In this document: positions 29,060-38,377 of the stretch, one piece after another
Layout: the number at the start of each line of letters is the position of its first letter
How positions within the stretch are numbered: position 1 is the first letter of the stretch
Assembly: GCA_964570115.1 (NCBI GenBank)
Contig: CAZMWH010000001.1
Span: forward strand, 1-53,415
Direction: 5' to 3'
Source of the DNA: an uncultured Candidatus Saccharibacteria bacterium
GTDB taxonomy: Bacteria; Patescibacteriota; Saccharimonadia; Saccharimonadales; Saccharimonadaceae
DNA: 53,415 nt
Notes under the pieces: model-generated
Told to the model about the DNA's origin: nothing
The model's input: only the letters and a program-made list of their open reading frames with translations
Databases searched by the model: none
Translations under genes and position numbers: made by a program

Positions 29060-30062
29060 CCCCCTCATCTCCCTCATCATTCCCGTTTATAATGTAGAAC
29101 CGTATCTCTCCTCCTGTCTCGATAGCATCATAAACCAATCCTATCAAAACCTAGAAATAATCCTCGTAAACGACGGTTCTACCGATGGTTCTCGTTTCCT
29201 CTGTGAACAATACAAACAAAAAGACTCCCGTATTATTCTCATCAACCAAAAAAACCAAGGTCTCTCCTCCGCTCGTAATACCGGCATCAACTCCGCTACC
29301 GGTAAATACCTTTCCTTTATCGACTCCGATGATGAAGTTAAGAAGGATTATGTAAAATATCTTTATAGCCTAATTAAACGCGCCTCCTCCCCCGTAAAAA
29401 TCTCCGTCTGTCCGCATTATCTAAAAAAAGAATCTGGCGAACTGAAAAACTTTAACGCTGAAAACTTCCCCTCAAAAACCCTTTCCGTCCCCGAAGCGCT
29501 AGAAAAAATGCTGAACGAAAACGGTTTTAATCTCCAATCAACTTCTAAGCTCTACTCTCGCGACCTCTTTAAAACTATTCGCTTCCCCGAGAAAAAACTC
29601 CACGAAGACGTCGGGACAACTTACCGCCTCTTCCTTGAAGCCGCTAAGTCCAACAATAACGCTAAAATCGCTTTCGGCAAAACCCCCGAATATATCTATA
29701 ACCTCCGTTCTTCCTCAATCACCAATAAAAAGTTCAATCTTAAAAAACTCGACCTTATCGAGCTGACCGATCAAATGTGTTCCGACCTCGACGAAGCCTA
29801 TCCCGCTCTAAAAGATACGACGAACCTCCGTCGCCTCCATGCTCGCTTCTCAATCCTCCGCCAAATTATTCACCAAACGAATAAAACAGATAAGGCGAAA
29901 AAACTTGAGAAATCCCTAATTCATTATATAAAAGAAAATAAAACCTGGATTACGAAAAATCCAAAAAGTACAAAACGCGATAAACTTGCTCTCTACTCGC
30001 TTCTTCTCGGAAAAAATTTCTTCCAATTTTCTTGGAACCTCTACGAAAAATTTTTCAAATAA
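29052..30062 (+). CDS. GT2 glycosyltransferase
   Basis: GGAGG SD then ATG 29052; first ~99 codons identical to the GT2 at 25654. Confidence 0.92.
   Translation: MSNPLISLIIPVYNVEPYLSSCLDSIINQSYQNLEIILVNDGSTDGSRFLCEQYKQKDSRIILINQKNQGLSSARNTGINSATGKYLSFIDSDDEVKKDYVKYLYSLIKRASSPVKISVCPHYLKKESGELKNFNAENFPSKTLSVPEALEKMLNENGFNLQSTSKLYSRDLFKTIRFPEKKLHEDVGTTYRLFLEAAKSNNNAKIAFGKTPEYIYNLRSSSITNKKFNLKKLDLIELTDQMCSDLDEAYPALKDTTNLRRLHARFSILRQIIHQTNKTDKAKKLEKSLIHYIKENKTWITKNPKSTKRDKLALYSLLLGKNFFQFSWNLYEKFFK
29060..29356 (+). repeat. 297-bp perfect direct repeat, copy 2
   Basis: Identical to 25668-25964. Confidence 0.93.
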
Positions 30063-30099
30063 GTTATAATATTCCTAATTAACTTTTACGGAGGTTTTT

Positions 30100-31926
30100 A
30101 TGTGCGGAATTGTTGGCTATATCGGCGAGAAAAACGCCCAAGATTTTCTTATTAGTGGTCTAAAACGCCTCGAATATCGCGGCTACGATTCCGCCGGGAT
30201 CGTTTCCTTGAATAAAGAGGGAACTGCGACGCTTCTAAAAGCGAAAGGAAAAATCGCCGGTCTCGAAGAAAAAATCGCAAGTCATAAATGCGACGACAAA
30301 ATCGGTATCGGTCATACTCGCTGGGCGACTCACGGTGAGCCTAGCGAAAAAAATGCCCACCCTCATCACGCCGGCAAAATCTACCTCGTCCATAACGGTA
30401 TTATTGAAAACTATAAAGAACTAAAAGAAAGTCTAAAAGACTACACCTTCGTCTCCGATACTGATACCGAAGCTCTCGCCGCCCTAATCGACTCGTTCTA
30501 TGCTAACGGAAAATATCCGCTCTCAAACGCCGTCGTCCAAGCCCTAAAACTCGTCCGCGGAACTTACGGTATTGCCGTTGTTTCCGAAAACGATCCCGAA
30601 GAAATCGTCGTCGCTCGCTCCGGCTCTCCGCTTGTCGTCGGTATCGGCAACAACGAAACCCTAATCGCCTCCGACGCTTCCGCCCTAGTCGGCTATACCA
30701 AGCGCGCAATCTACCTCAACGACGGCGAAGTCGCCACCATCAAAAAAGATTCCGTCGAAATTAAAACTCTAAACTCCCAGCCCGTCTCCGCAAAAGTCGA
30801 AACCATCAAAACCGACCTCTCCGCTATCCAAAAAGGTGGCTTCGACCATTTTCTTCTTAAGGAAATTATGGAACAACCTGCCTCTCTGACCGAAACTCTC
30901 CGCGGGCGGATTAACTTAAAAGAAAAAACCGTCCACCTCGGCGGACCCAACCTTTCTCTAAAAGAGCTTAAAGAAATCAACCACCTCGTTATTGTTGGCT
31001 GTGGAACCGCTTATCATGCCGGCTTGCTCGCTAGCTATTATCTTGAACGTTTCGTCCCAGGCTTAACTATCGAACCAGTTATCGCCTCCGAATATCGCTA
31101 TCGTAGCTCTTATATCCCCGAAAAATCTGCCGCCCTTATTGTCTCCCAGTCCGGCGAAACCGCCGATACTCTCGCTTGTCTCCGTTCAATCAAAGCCCAA
31201 GGTGTTAAAACCATCGGCATCGTCAATGCTATCGGTTCAACCATCGCTCGCGAAGTTGACGGCGGAACTTATATTCACGTCGGACCCGAAATCTCCGTTG
31301 CCTCAACCAAGGCGTTCACTTCTCAAGCCGTCGCGATGTTAATGTTTGGGCTAACTATCGCCCAGGCTAAAGGCGTTAAACCTTCGCTCATTACTCCTTA
31401 TATTGAAGAAATCGCCGCCCTTCCCGGCGAAATCGAGAACCTCTTAAAGACCCTCCCCGAGACTATAAAACCCCTCGCGAAAAAATATGCCCGCTTCGAT
31501 CATGCGATTTATCTCGGTCGCGATGTCGCTTATCCGACCGCCCTCGAAGGTGCTCTAAAGTTAAAAGAAATTTCTTATATCGACGCCAACGCCTATCCAA
31601 CCGGCGAGCTAAAACACGGTCCCCTCGCCCTTGTTGACGACCGCTTCTTCGAGCTAATCCTTCTCCCGAAAGATTCTCTTTATGAAAAATCCCTTTCCGG
31701 GATTCAAGAAGTCCTCGCCCGTGGTGGTAACGCTCTCGTCTTGACCGACGCCGAAGATTTTAACCTCCCCGTTTCAGATGTTGTAAAAATCACAACAAAA
31801 ACCCACCTCCTCACCCCACTTCTCTTTAACGTTCTAATGCAACTTTTTGCTTATTACATAACGACTGCGAAGGGCCTTAATGTCGACCAACCCCGCAATC
31901 TCGCCAAGTCCGTTACCGTCGAATAG
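30100..31926 (+). CDS. glmS: Glutamine-fructose-6-phosphate transaminase
   Basis: MCGIVG, LEYRGYDSAG, GHTRWATHG, SQSGETADT, PRNLAKSVTVE. Confidence 0.99.
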   Translation: MCGIVGYIGEKNAQDFLISGLKRLEYRGYDSAGIVSLNKEGTATLLKAKGKIAGLEEKIASHKCDDKIGIGHTRWATHGEPSEKNAHPHHAGKIYLVHNGIIENYKELKESLKDYTFVSDTDTEALAALIDSFYANGKYPLSNAVVQALKLVRGTYGIAVVSENDPEEIVVARSGSPLVVGIGNNETLIASDASALVGYTKRAIYLNDGEVATIKKDSVEIKTLNSQPVSAKVETIKTDLSAIQKGGFDHFLLKEIMEQPASLTETLRGRINLKEKTVHLGGPNLSLKELKEINHLVIVGCGTAYHAGLLASYYLERFVPGLTIEPVIASEYRYRSSYIPEKSAALIVSQSGETADTLACLRSIKAQGVKTIGIVNAIGSTIAREVDGGTYIHVGPEISVASTKAFTSQAVAMLMFGLTIAQAKGVKPSLITPYIEEIAALPGEIENLLKTLPETIKPLAKKYARFDHAIYLGRDVAYPTALEGALKLKEISYIDANAYPTGELKHGPLALVDDRFFELILLPKDSLYEKSLSGIQEVLARGGNALVLTDAEDFNLPVSDVVKITTKTHLLTPLLFNVLMQLFAYYITTAKGLNVDQPRNLAKSVTVE

Positions 31927-31933
31927 GGAATTA

Positions 31934-31955
31934 TTAAAAGCTCCTTAGCTTTTAA
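31934..31955. terminator. Hairpin between convergent glmS and GNAT genes
   Basis: TTAAAAGCT-CCTT-AGCTTTTAA. Confidence 0.6.
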
Positions 31956-31959
31956 ACTT

Positions 31960-32400
31960 TTAGAGTTCAACCCTAAAGAAATCCGTCTTATAAATCCCGG
32001 CGCCGTGTTTATAATAAAACGCGTGCGCCGCCTCCCGTCCCTCTCCGCAGGTAAACTCGAGCCTCTTCGCTCCTTTTTCTCGGCTCCATCTTACAATTTC
32101 TTCCCAGAGTTTTCCTCCAACTCCTTGTCCTCGCGCCTTGCCCGAAACAACAAAATCCTCTAAATAGGCATTTTTTCTAATCCCCGCCCCCATAATCACC
32201 GAAACCGACGCCATTCCTAAAACTTCGCCCTCCTCTTCCGCAAAAATCAAATCGTGAAACGGGGAACTAATCATCTCTAAAAACCAACTCTCCGGAATTT
32301 CCTCCTTATCTTTCCCGCTTCGCGACAGCTCAATTAAAAGTCCTCTTACCGCCTCGGCGAACTCCGGCGTATATTTCTCTAATCTTTTAATCTCTATCAT
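31960..32400 (-). CDS. GNAT-family acetyltransferase (possibly glucosamine-phosphate N-acetyltransferase-like)
   Basis: LEDFVVSGKARGQGVG, AHAFY; sits between glmS and glmM. Confidence 0.8.
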   Translation of the reverse strand: MIEIKRLEKYTPEFAEAVRGLLIELSRSGKDKEEIPESWFLEMISSPFHDLIFAEEEGEVLGMASVSVIMGAGIRKNAYLEDFVVSGKARGQGVGGKLWEEIVRWSREKGAKRLEFTCGEGREAAHAFYYKHGAGIYKTDFFRVEL

Positions 32401-33727
32401 TTTTAATCTCCTCTTTTAACTTTTCCGCCAATTCCTCCCCAATCTCCGTAATTTTCTCTAAACTCTCTCCCCAAACCGTAATCCTAATCAGTTCTTCTGT
32501 CCCGCTCGGGCGCACTAAAACCCTCCCTCGCGTTTCTTCAAGCCTCTCTCTAAAACCGTTTATAATCTTTACTCCTCCGTTGATTTTCTTAAAATACTCT
32601 TTTTCTTCGCGCGTCGCCGGAATGTTTATCATAAACTGGGGAAATTTTTTCATTTTACGCTTTAGCTCGCCTAGACCCCTCCCCGATTTACTTATAATTT
32701 TCGTAATCGTTAATGCCACCAAAACTCCGTCCCCCATCGCCTCTCTCGGCAAAATAACATGTCCGCTCTGTTCACCCCCAATTTCCACACCTTTATCAAT
32801 CATTTCTTTAAACACATTTTGATCACCAACATCGGTCGTTAAAATCTCAACTCCATTTTCTTTTCCATATTCAATCAACCCCTGATTTGCCATTATCGTC
32901 GCGACAATCTTCTTCAGTCCAAGCTCTTCTGCTAGAATAACTAAAATCTCGTCCCCATCAACAATCTCCCTGTCTTCGTCAACAAACAAAACTCTGTCCC
33001 CGTCTCCATCAAACGCCGCTCCAAAGTCAAGCTTCTCCTCTAAAACTAACTTCCTTAAACCTTCAATATGTGTGCTTCCGGCGTTATCGTTTATCTTTCG
33101 CCCAAACCGAAAGTCTCGGTTAATTACGACCGTCTCGGCTCCGTGTTTCTTAAAAATCTCGTCCCCTAAAACTCCTGTCGCTCCGTTCGCAAAGTCAAGC
33201 CCAACCCTAAGCCCTCTAAAACTTACCTCGCCGATTTTTTCCTCTAAATGTTTCTTGTATAATTCCTTCGCCTCTCGGCTCAAATCTTCTAATCTCGCCT
33301 CTAACCCCCCCTCTTCCGAGCCCCCGTCGCTCAACCCTCCTTCTAACACTCTCTCAATTCTCTCTCTCGCTTCCTCCCCGAGTTTAACCCCGAACCTCTC
33401 TCCTCGCTCAAAGATTTTTATCCCGTTATCCGTATAGGGATTATGCGACGCCGTAACGTCAATCGCAAAATCAAATCCCATCTGATAAAAAACATAGTTT
33501 ATCGCCGGTGTCGATAAAACTCCAACCGTCCCGACTTTCTCCGCCTCAGCCTTAACTAAAATCTCCCCTAAATCTTTTAAAATTCGCTCCGTCGACTCTC
33601 GCGTATCTCCCCCGATTAAAACTTTTTTTCCTTTGACTCGAAGCCCAAGGATAATTTTTTCTAAAAATGCTCGCGAAAAAAGTTCCGCTTTCCCCCTAAT
33701 TCCGTCTGTTCCAAAATATTTAGCCAT
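32387..33727 (-). CDS. glmM: Phosphoglucosamine mutase
   Basis: YFGTDGIRG, TASHNP, FDGDGDR, GGEQSGH, VRPSGTE. Confidence 0.93.
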   Translation of the reverse strand: MAKYFGTDGIRGKAELFSRAFLEKIILGLRVKGKKVLIGGDTRESTERILKDLGEILVKAEAEKVGTVGVLSTPAINYVFYQMGFDFAIDVTASHNPYTDNGIKIFERGERFGVKLGEEARERIERVLEGGLSDGGSEEGGLEARLEDLSREAKELYKKHLEEKIGEVSFRGLRVGLDFANGATGVLGDEIFKKHGAETVVINRDFRFGRKINDNAGSTHIEGLRKLVLEEKLDFGAAFDGDGDRVLFVDEDREIVDGDEILVILAEELGLKKIVATIMANQGLIEYGKENGVEILTTDVGDQNVFKEMIDKGVEIGGEQSGHVILPREAMGDGVLVALTITKIISKSGRGLGELKRKMKKFPQFMINIPATREEKEYFKKINGGVKIINGFRERLEETRGRVLVRPSGTEELIRITVWGESLEKITEIGEELAEKLKEEIKNDRD

Positions 33728-33750
33728 ATATGTTATAATAATACTATATT

Positions 33751-35175
33751 ATGAAAAAAGACTCTACCTCTCTTTTCCGATTTTTTCTAATCCTCGGCGA
33801 CGCCCTCGCGATTCTTTTTGCCTTCTCCTTTGCCTACTTTTTCCGTACTCACCTCGACCCGCGCCCCTATTTTTTCGAGTCTGAACTTTCCGGCTTTATG
33901 GAAATTATTTTCCTCTTAATTCCTGCGTGGCTAATTATCCTCGCCTCCCTCGGTCTCTATAAGACCCCCGCTTTCTCTCGTCGCTCGCGTTTGAAAGAAG
34001 CCGCCCTACTTCTCCTCGCCTCTATCATCGGGACAATGTTTATTATTACCTTCGACTTTTTCGGTTCCGGAACTCTCTTCCCGGTTCGTATTATTGCCGC
34101 CTACTCCGCCGGTCTCTGCTTCGTCGCTCTCGTTTTAGTTAGAAATCTAATCCGTCTAATTCGTAAAAATTTCTTTCTAAAATCTCGCGGCGGTCTCCGC
34201 GCAATTGTTATCGGCAACAGTAAAAATACCGATTTTCTCTCCGATTATATCTCCTCCTCTCCCGAGTCCGGCTACGTCCTCGTTGGTGTTGTCGCCAGCA
34301 AAAAATATATCCCGAAAGACCTCCATAAAAAACAATATTCCTCTCTAAAAGAAGCTATTAAGCGAACTCGCCCCGACGTAATTTTTCAAACCGACGAACG
34401 TCAGACCGAATATGTTTATAAAATGGCTCTCGGTCGCCATCTCCTCTATTATTTTATTCCTTCCGAAACTGTCCTTTCGTCCCAAATCGGCGAAATTGAA
34501 CTAATCGGCAGCACTCCAGCTATCCGCGTCCATGTCACTCCGCTCAATGGCGCTATGCGCGGCGTCAAACGCTTCTTCGACATCTTCCTCGGGGGAATTA
34601 TGCTTCTCATCGCCTTAATCCCAATGCTAATCCTCTGGCTAATTATAAAACTCTCCGACTTTAAAAACCCCGCGGTTTATTCCGAGCTTCGCCTCTCCCA
34701 GTTCAACCGTAAGTTCAAAATCTACAAGTTCCGCTCAATGAAACAAGAATACTGCGGACTCTCCCCCGAAGAAGCCTTTAAGAAAATGAAAAGACCTGAG
34801 CTTATAAAAAAATACCGAAAAAACGGCGACTTCCTAAAAGACGACCCGCGTATTACTAAAATCGGAAAGTTTATCCGAAAAACTTCTCTAGACGAACTCC
34901 CTCAGCTATTCAACGTCGTCAAAGGCGACATCTCCCTCGTTGGGCCTCGCGCGCTCGTTCCTGGCGAACTTCGAACTTATGGCGACCGCTCTCTCCTCTT
35001 GACCGTAAAGTCCGGTTTAACCGGTCTCGCCCAGGTTTCCGGTCGCCGCGATATTTCCTTTGAAGAACGCCGCTCTCTTGATATTTATTATATCCAAAAC
35101 TGGTCTCTTCTCCTTGACGCCCAAATCCTCTTAAAGACTATTCTTGTCGTCTTTAAATCCGAGGGCGCGAAATAA
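33751..35175 (+). CDS. Polyprenyl-phosphate phosphoglycosyl (priming sugar) transferase
   Basis: KRFFDI, YKFRSM, DDPRIT, SLDELPQLFNV, SLVGPR, GLTGLAQVSGR. Confidence 0.95.
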   Translation: MKKDSTSLFRFFLILGDALAILFAFSFAYFFRTHLDPRPYFFESELSGFMEIIFLLIPAWLIILASLGLYKTPAFSRRSRLKEAALLLLASIIGTMFIITFDFFGSGTLFPVRIIAAYSAGLCFVALVLVRNLIRLIRKNFFLKSRGGLRAIVIGNSKNTDFLSDYISSSPESGYVLVGVVASKKYIPKDLHKKQYSSLKEAIKRTRPDVIFQTDERQTEYVYKMALGRHLLYYFIPSETVLSSQIGEIELIGSTPAIRVHVTPLNGAMRGVKRFFDIFLGGIMLLIALIPMLILWLIIKLSDFKNPAVYSELRLSQFNRKFKIYKFRSMKQEYCGLSPEEAFKKMKRPELIKKYRKNGDFLKDDPRITKIGKFIRKTSLDELPQLFNVVKGDISLVGPRALVPGELRTYGDRSLLLTVKSGLTGLAQVSGRRDISFEERRSLDIYYIQNWSLLLDAQILLKTILVVFKSEGAK

Positions 35176-36449
35176 TGGAATCGAAAAAATTAAGGGTTGC
35201 TCTTGTCTGCGACTGGTTGACTAATGTCGGTGGCGCCGAACGCGTCTTAAAGGAACTAAGCGATATGTTCCCGACCGCCCCGATTTATACTTCCCAGTAC
35301 AACCCGAAAAAAATCAACTGGTTCGACGACCGCGACGTCCGCGTTGGTTGGCTCGAAATTTTCCCCTCGAGTTTCCGCCGTCTTCTCGGGCCTCTTCGTC
35401 AGCTCTACTTTAACTCCCTTAATCTAAAAGATTACGATTTAATTATCTCCGTAACTGGCGCTGAAGCGAAGTCAATTAAGAAAAAGGGAAACGCTATCCA
35501 TCTCTGTTATTGTCATATCCCCACTCAATATTACTGGGGAATGTACGATGATTATTTAAAGAACCCTGGCTTCGGGATTTTTGACCCCCTCGCCCGCTTT
35601 TTCTTAAAAGTCCTCATAAAGCCCCTAAAATCCGCCGATCTAAAAGCCTCCGCCCGCCCTGACAGATTCATCACTATCTCAACCTATTCCGCCGAACAGA
35701 TTAAAAAATACTATAAAAGGGAATCAACCATTATTTTTCCACCAGTAGCTGTGGAAAACTTCCAGAAGAGGGAATTATCCACAACTAAAATCCCCGAACA
35801 AAACGCAATAAAAAACGAAAAAAGTCAAGAAACCAAAGAAAAAAATAATAAAATAAAAACGAGAAAAAGTAAAGCCGAAAAAACCGAACAGCTTTCCTTC
35901 CTCTCTGTAAAACCCGGCGAACGCTACGGTTTTGTTACGACTTCGCGCCATGTTTCCTGGAAACGTCTCGACCTTGCGATTGAGGCTTGCCTCTCGCTTA
36001 ATCTTCCGCTAACAATTATCGGCGAAGGCCCCGAAACAAAAAAGTTAAAAAAACTCGCGAAGCGTTCTCGCTTGATTAAGTTCCTCCCTCTAATGGATCA
36101 GACCTCTCTCAAAAAATATCTCGAAACCGCCGAGGGCTTTATCTTCCCCTCCCTCGAACCTTTCGGGATTGCTCCGGTCGAGGCTCTCGCTGCCGGCTGC
36201 CCCGTCGTCGCCTACGGAAAGGGCGGTGCTATCGACTATGTTATCGACGGCGAAAATGGTGTCCTCTTCGGAAAGCAATCCGTTAATTCCCTTCGTCTTG
36301 CCCTAAAACGCTTTAAAACTCTAAAGTTCCCCGAAGAAAAAGTCAGAAACTCCGCTCTTCCCTTTTCCGAAAAATATTTTAGAGCTAAGATGAAAAGAAT
36401 TATCGCCGCCTCGCTTAAGTCTAATAATTTAGTGAAAAAGAAAAAATGA
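35175..36449 (+). CDS. GT4 glycosyltransferase with Lys-rich insertion
   Basis: VALVCDWL..GGAERV, EPFGIAPVEALAAGCPV. Confidence 0.92.
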   Translation: MESKKLRVALVCDWLTNVGGAERVLKELSDMFPTAPIYTSQYNPKKINWFDDRDVRVGWLEIFPSSFRRLLGPLRQLYFNSLNLKDYDLIISVTGAEAKSIKKKGNAIHLCYCHIPTQYYWGMYDDYLKNPGFGIFDPLARFFLKVLIKPLKSADLKASARPDRFITISTYSAEQIKKYYKRESTIIFPPVAVENFQKRELSTTKIPEQNAIKNEKSQETKEKNNKIKTRKSKAEKTEQLSFLSVKPGERYGFVTTSRHVSWKRLDLAIEACLSLNLPLTIIGEGPETKKLKKLAKRSRLIKFLPLMDQTSLKKYLETAEGFIFPSLEPFGIAPVEALAAGCPVVAYGKGGAIDYVIDGENGVLFGKQSVNSLRLALKRFKTLKFPEEKVRNSALPFSEKYFRAKMKRIIAASLKSNNLVKKKK

Positions 36450-38017
36450 AACCAGCCCGCCTTATCAATAAAGTCCGCCTCGCCCTACTCTACTCTTTCC
36501 CGCTAGTCCTCTATTTTTCTTACTATCCAATTATTCCCCTTTTCTCAACCGCCTCAACCAACTACGAGCTTTCCCTCCCCCTAATCTGGCTTCTTCTCTT
36601 CTCTGTTCTCTCTCTAAAAGATTTTGCTCACTATATATATAATATATATATAATCGCTAAACCTGCTCTAAAACCACTTAAATCTAACTCCTCCCTAACT
36701 TCCTTAAAGCTCGCTCTAAAGTCCTTGCTTTCCTTCGCTCCTCTGTCGTTCCTTCTTTATCTTTCTCTCTCCGTCCTCTGGTCTCTAAACCCCCTCCGCG
36801 GGTTTCTAACCGTCGGTATCTGTTGGTGCCTCTATATTTCCTCTGTTGTAATTTTAACAACGTTTCGCTCTAGTTTAAATAAACCTCTCTTCCTTAAAAT
36901 CTTCCTCCTCTCCGCCGTTTTAATTTCCTGCTTTTGCTGGCTCCAAGCATTTCTCGACGCACTCGGCGTCCCTGAAGAGACAACCCTTCTCTGTCGCGGC
37001 TGTACTTCCCGCATTTTCGGCTTTCCTCATCCTTCCGGTTTTGCTATCGAACCCCAGTTTATGGGCAATCTCCTCCTTGCCCCAGTTTTAACCTCTCTTT
37101 ATCTTCTCTTTTCTTGCTCTAAAACCTCGAAAAAACTTTTTCCGAAACCCCTCCTAATTTTTATCTCCTTCTTCCTCCTCGCAACCCTCTTCCTCGTTTT
37201 TTCCCGCGGTGCGATTTACTCTTTCGCCGTCGCTTTTCTTCTTCTCCTCGTTCTAAACCTCTTTAAACTAAAAAACAAATCCTTCCTTTTCTCGCTCCCG
37301 CTAATTTTCTCCGCCTTACTCTTTATCCTCTTCTCCCAGGGTTTCCTTGCGGTAGTCAACCAAACTTACGAAAAATCTTTCTCCTGCGCCGTCTCAACCT
37401 CCCTTTCTCAACTCTCCCTCGATTCGGTTAATCTCCCCTGTAAAGAAGCCGCCTCGTCCGAGTCAACCGACCCGTCCGCCTCGTCTGCTCCGCCCGAACT
37501 CTCCCCCGCCAATACCGACAGTTCCCCTGAAACTTCTCCCGTTTATTCCGGCTATATTGCCGAATCGACTGACGTCCGCCTCAGTCTTTCTCGCTCTGCC
37601 CTTGAAGCCTCCTCAGAAACCAACCTCTCTTGGTTCTTCGGCTACGGGCTCGGTTCCGCCGGAACCGTCTTGAACGAAAAAGGGAAAACCTCCTCCCCGA
37701 AAGAAATCGTCCAAAACGAATACCTCTCCCTTCTTCTCGAAACTGGCGTCGTCGGACTACTTCTCTTCTTTGTTGTAATTTTGACAACAATTTCTCTAAT
37801 CCGCTCTCACTTTACCAAACTTCCTGCCCTTCGCTATCTATTTTATTCGGTTATCTTAAGCCTTCTTCTTTCTCTGCTCTTCTTTTCCGGTCTTCCGAAC
37901 GCCCTCCATATCTACCTCTTCCCCGTCTTTCTTCTTGCTGAATACGAACCGATCATAAACCAAAAAGTTAATCGTCATTATGATTGCCATCACCAAAACA
38001 AAGTTTCCCGTGCTTGA
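36446..38017 (+). CDS. O-antigen ligase/polymerase-like membrane protein
   Basis: Multi-TM; GFAIEPQF, FSRGA, FGYGLGS, VQNEYL..LLETGVVG. Confidence 0.8.
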   Translation: MKPARLINKVRLALLYSFPLVLYFSYYPIIPLFSTASTNYELSLPLIWLLLFSVLSLKDFAHYIYNIYIIAKPALKPLKSNSSLTSLKLALKSLLSFAPLSFLLYLSLSVLWSLNPLRGFLTVGICWCLYISSVVILTTFRSSLNKPLFLKIFLLSAVLISCFCWLQAFLDALGVPEETTLLCRGCTSRIFGFPHPSGFAIEPQFMGNLLLAPVLTSLYLLFSCSKTSKKLFPKPLLIFISFFLLATLFLVFSRGAIYSFAVAFLLLLVLNLFKLKNKSFLFSLPLIFSALLFILFSQGFLAVVNQTYEKSFSCAVSTSLSQLSLDSVNLPCKEAASSESTDPSASSAPPELSPANTDSSPETSPVYSGYIAESTDVRLSLSRSALEASSETNLSWFFGYGLGSAGTVLNEKGKTSSPKEIVQNEYLSLLLETGVVGLLLFFVVILTTISLIRSHFTKLPALRYLFYSVILSLLLSLLFFSGLPNALHIYLFPVFLLAEYEPIINQKVNRHYDCHHQNKVSRA

Positions 38018-38377
38018 AACGAACTCATAAGAGAACGGTAGGCGAAGCGCTTTTATAATATTAAACGCTAGCTCATACAAAAATTTCGGAAACTCGAACG
38101 CCCAAGTCAACCCAGGTTTAACCGCCGTCGCCATCAAAATATTCCAAATAAAAAATCGCGCGACTTGCCGTTTCCCGACTTGTCTCCCTCGCCAAGTATA
38201 ATGACTATGAATATAATACCCCGTAAAAATCGAAATTACCCCAGAAACCAGCGAAGCAATCGGCAATTTTCCCTCCCCAGAAAAAATTGTTAGCGCTAAA
38301 ATTTCATAAATTACGTATCCAATTGCCGTATTTAAAAGTCCTAAGAAAAAGTACTTTTCCGCCCGTTGTTTGCTCAT
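37856..38377 (-). CDS. GtrA-family membrane protein
   Basis: KYFFLGLLNTAI, four TM segments, NFLVYDRFVF. Confidence 0.8.
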   Translation of the reverse strand: MSKQRAEKYFFLGLLNTAIGYVIYEILALTIFSGEGKLPIASLVSGVISIFTGYYIHSHYTWRGRQVGKRQVARFFIWNILMATAVKPGLTWAFEFPKFLYELAFNIIKALRLPFSYEFVSSTGNFVLVMAIIMTINFLVYDRFVFSKKKDGEEVDMEGVRKTGKEEQRKKKA

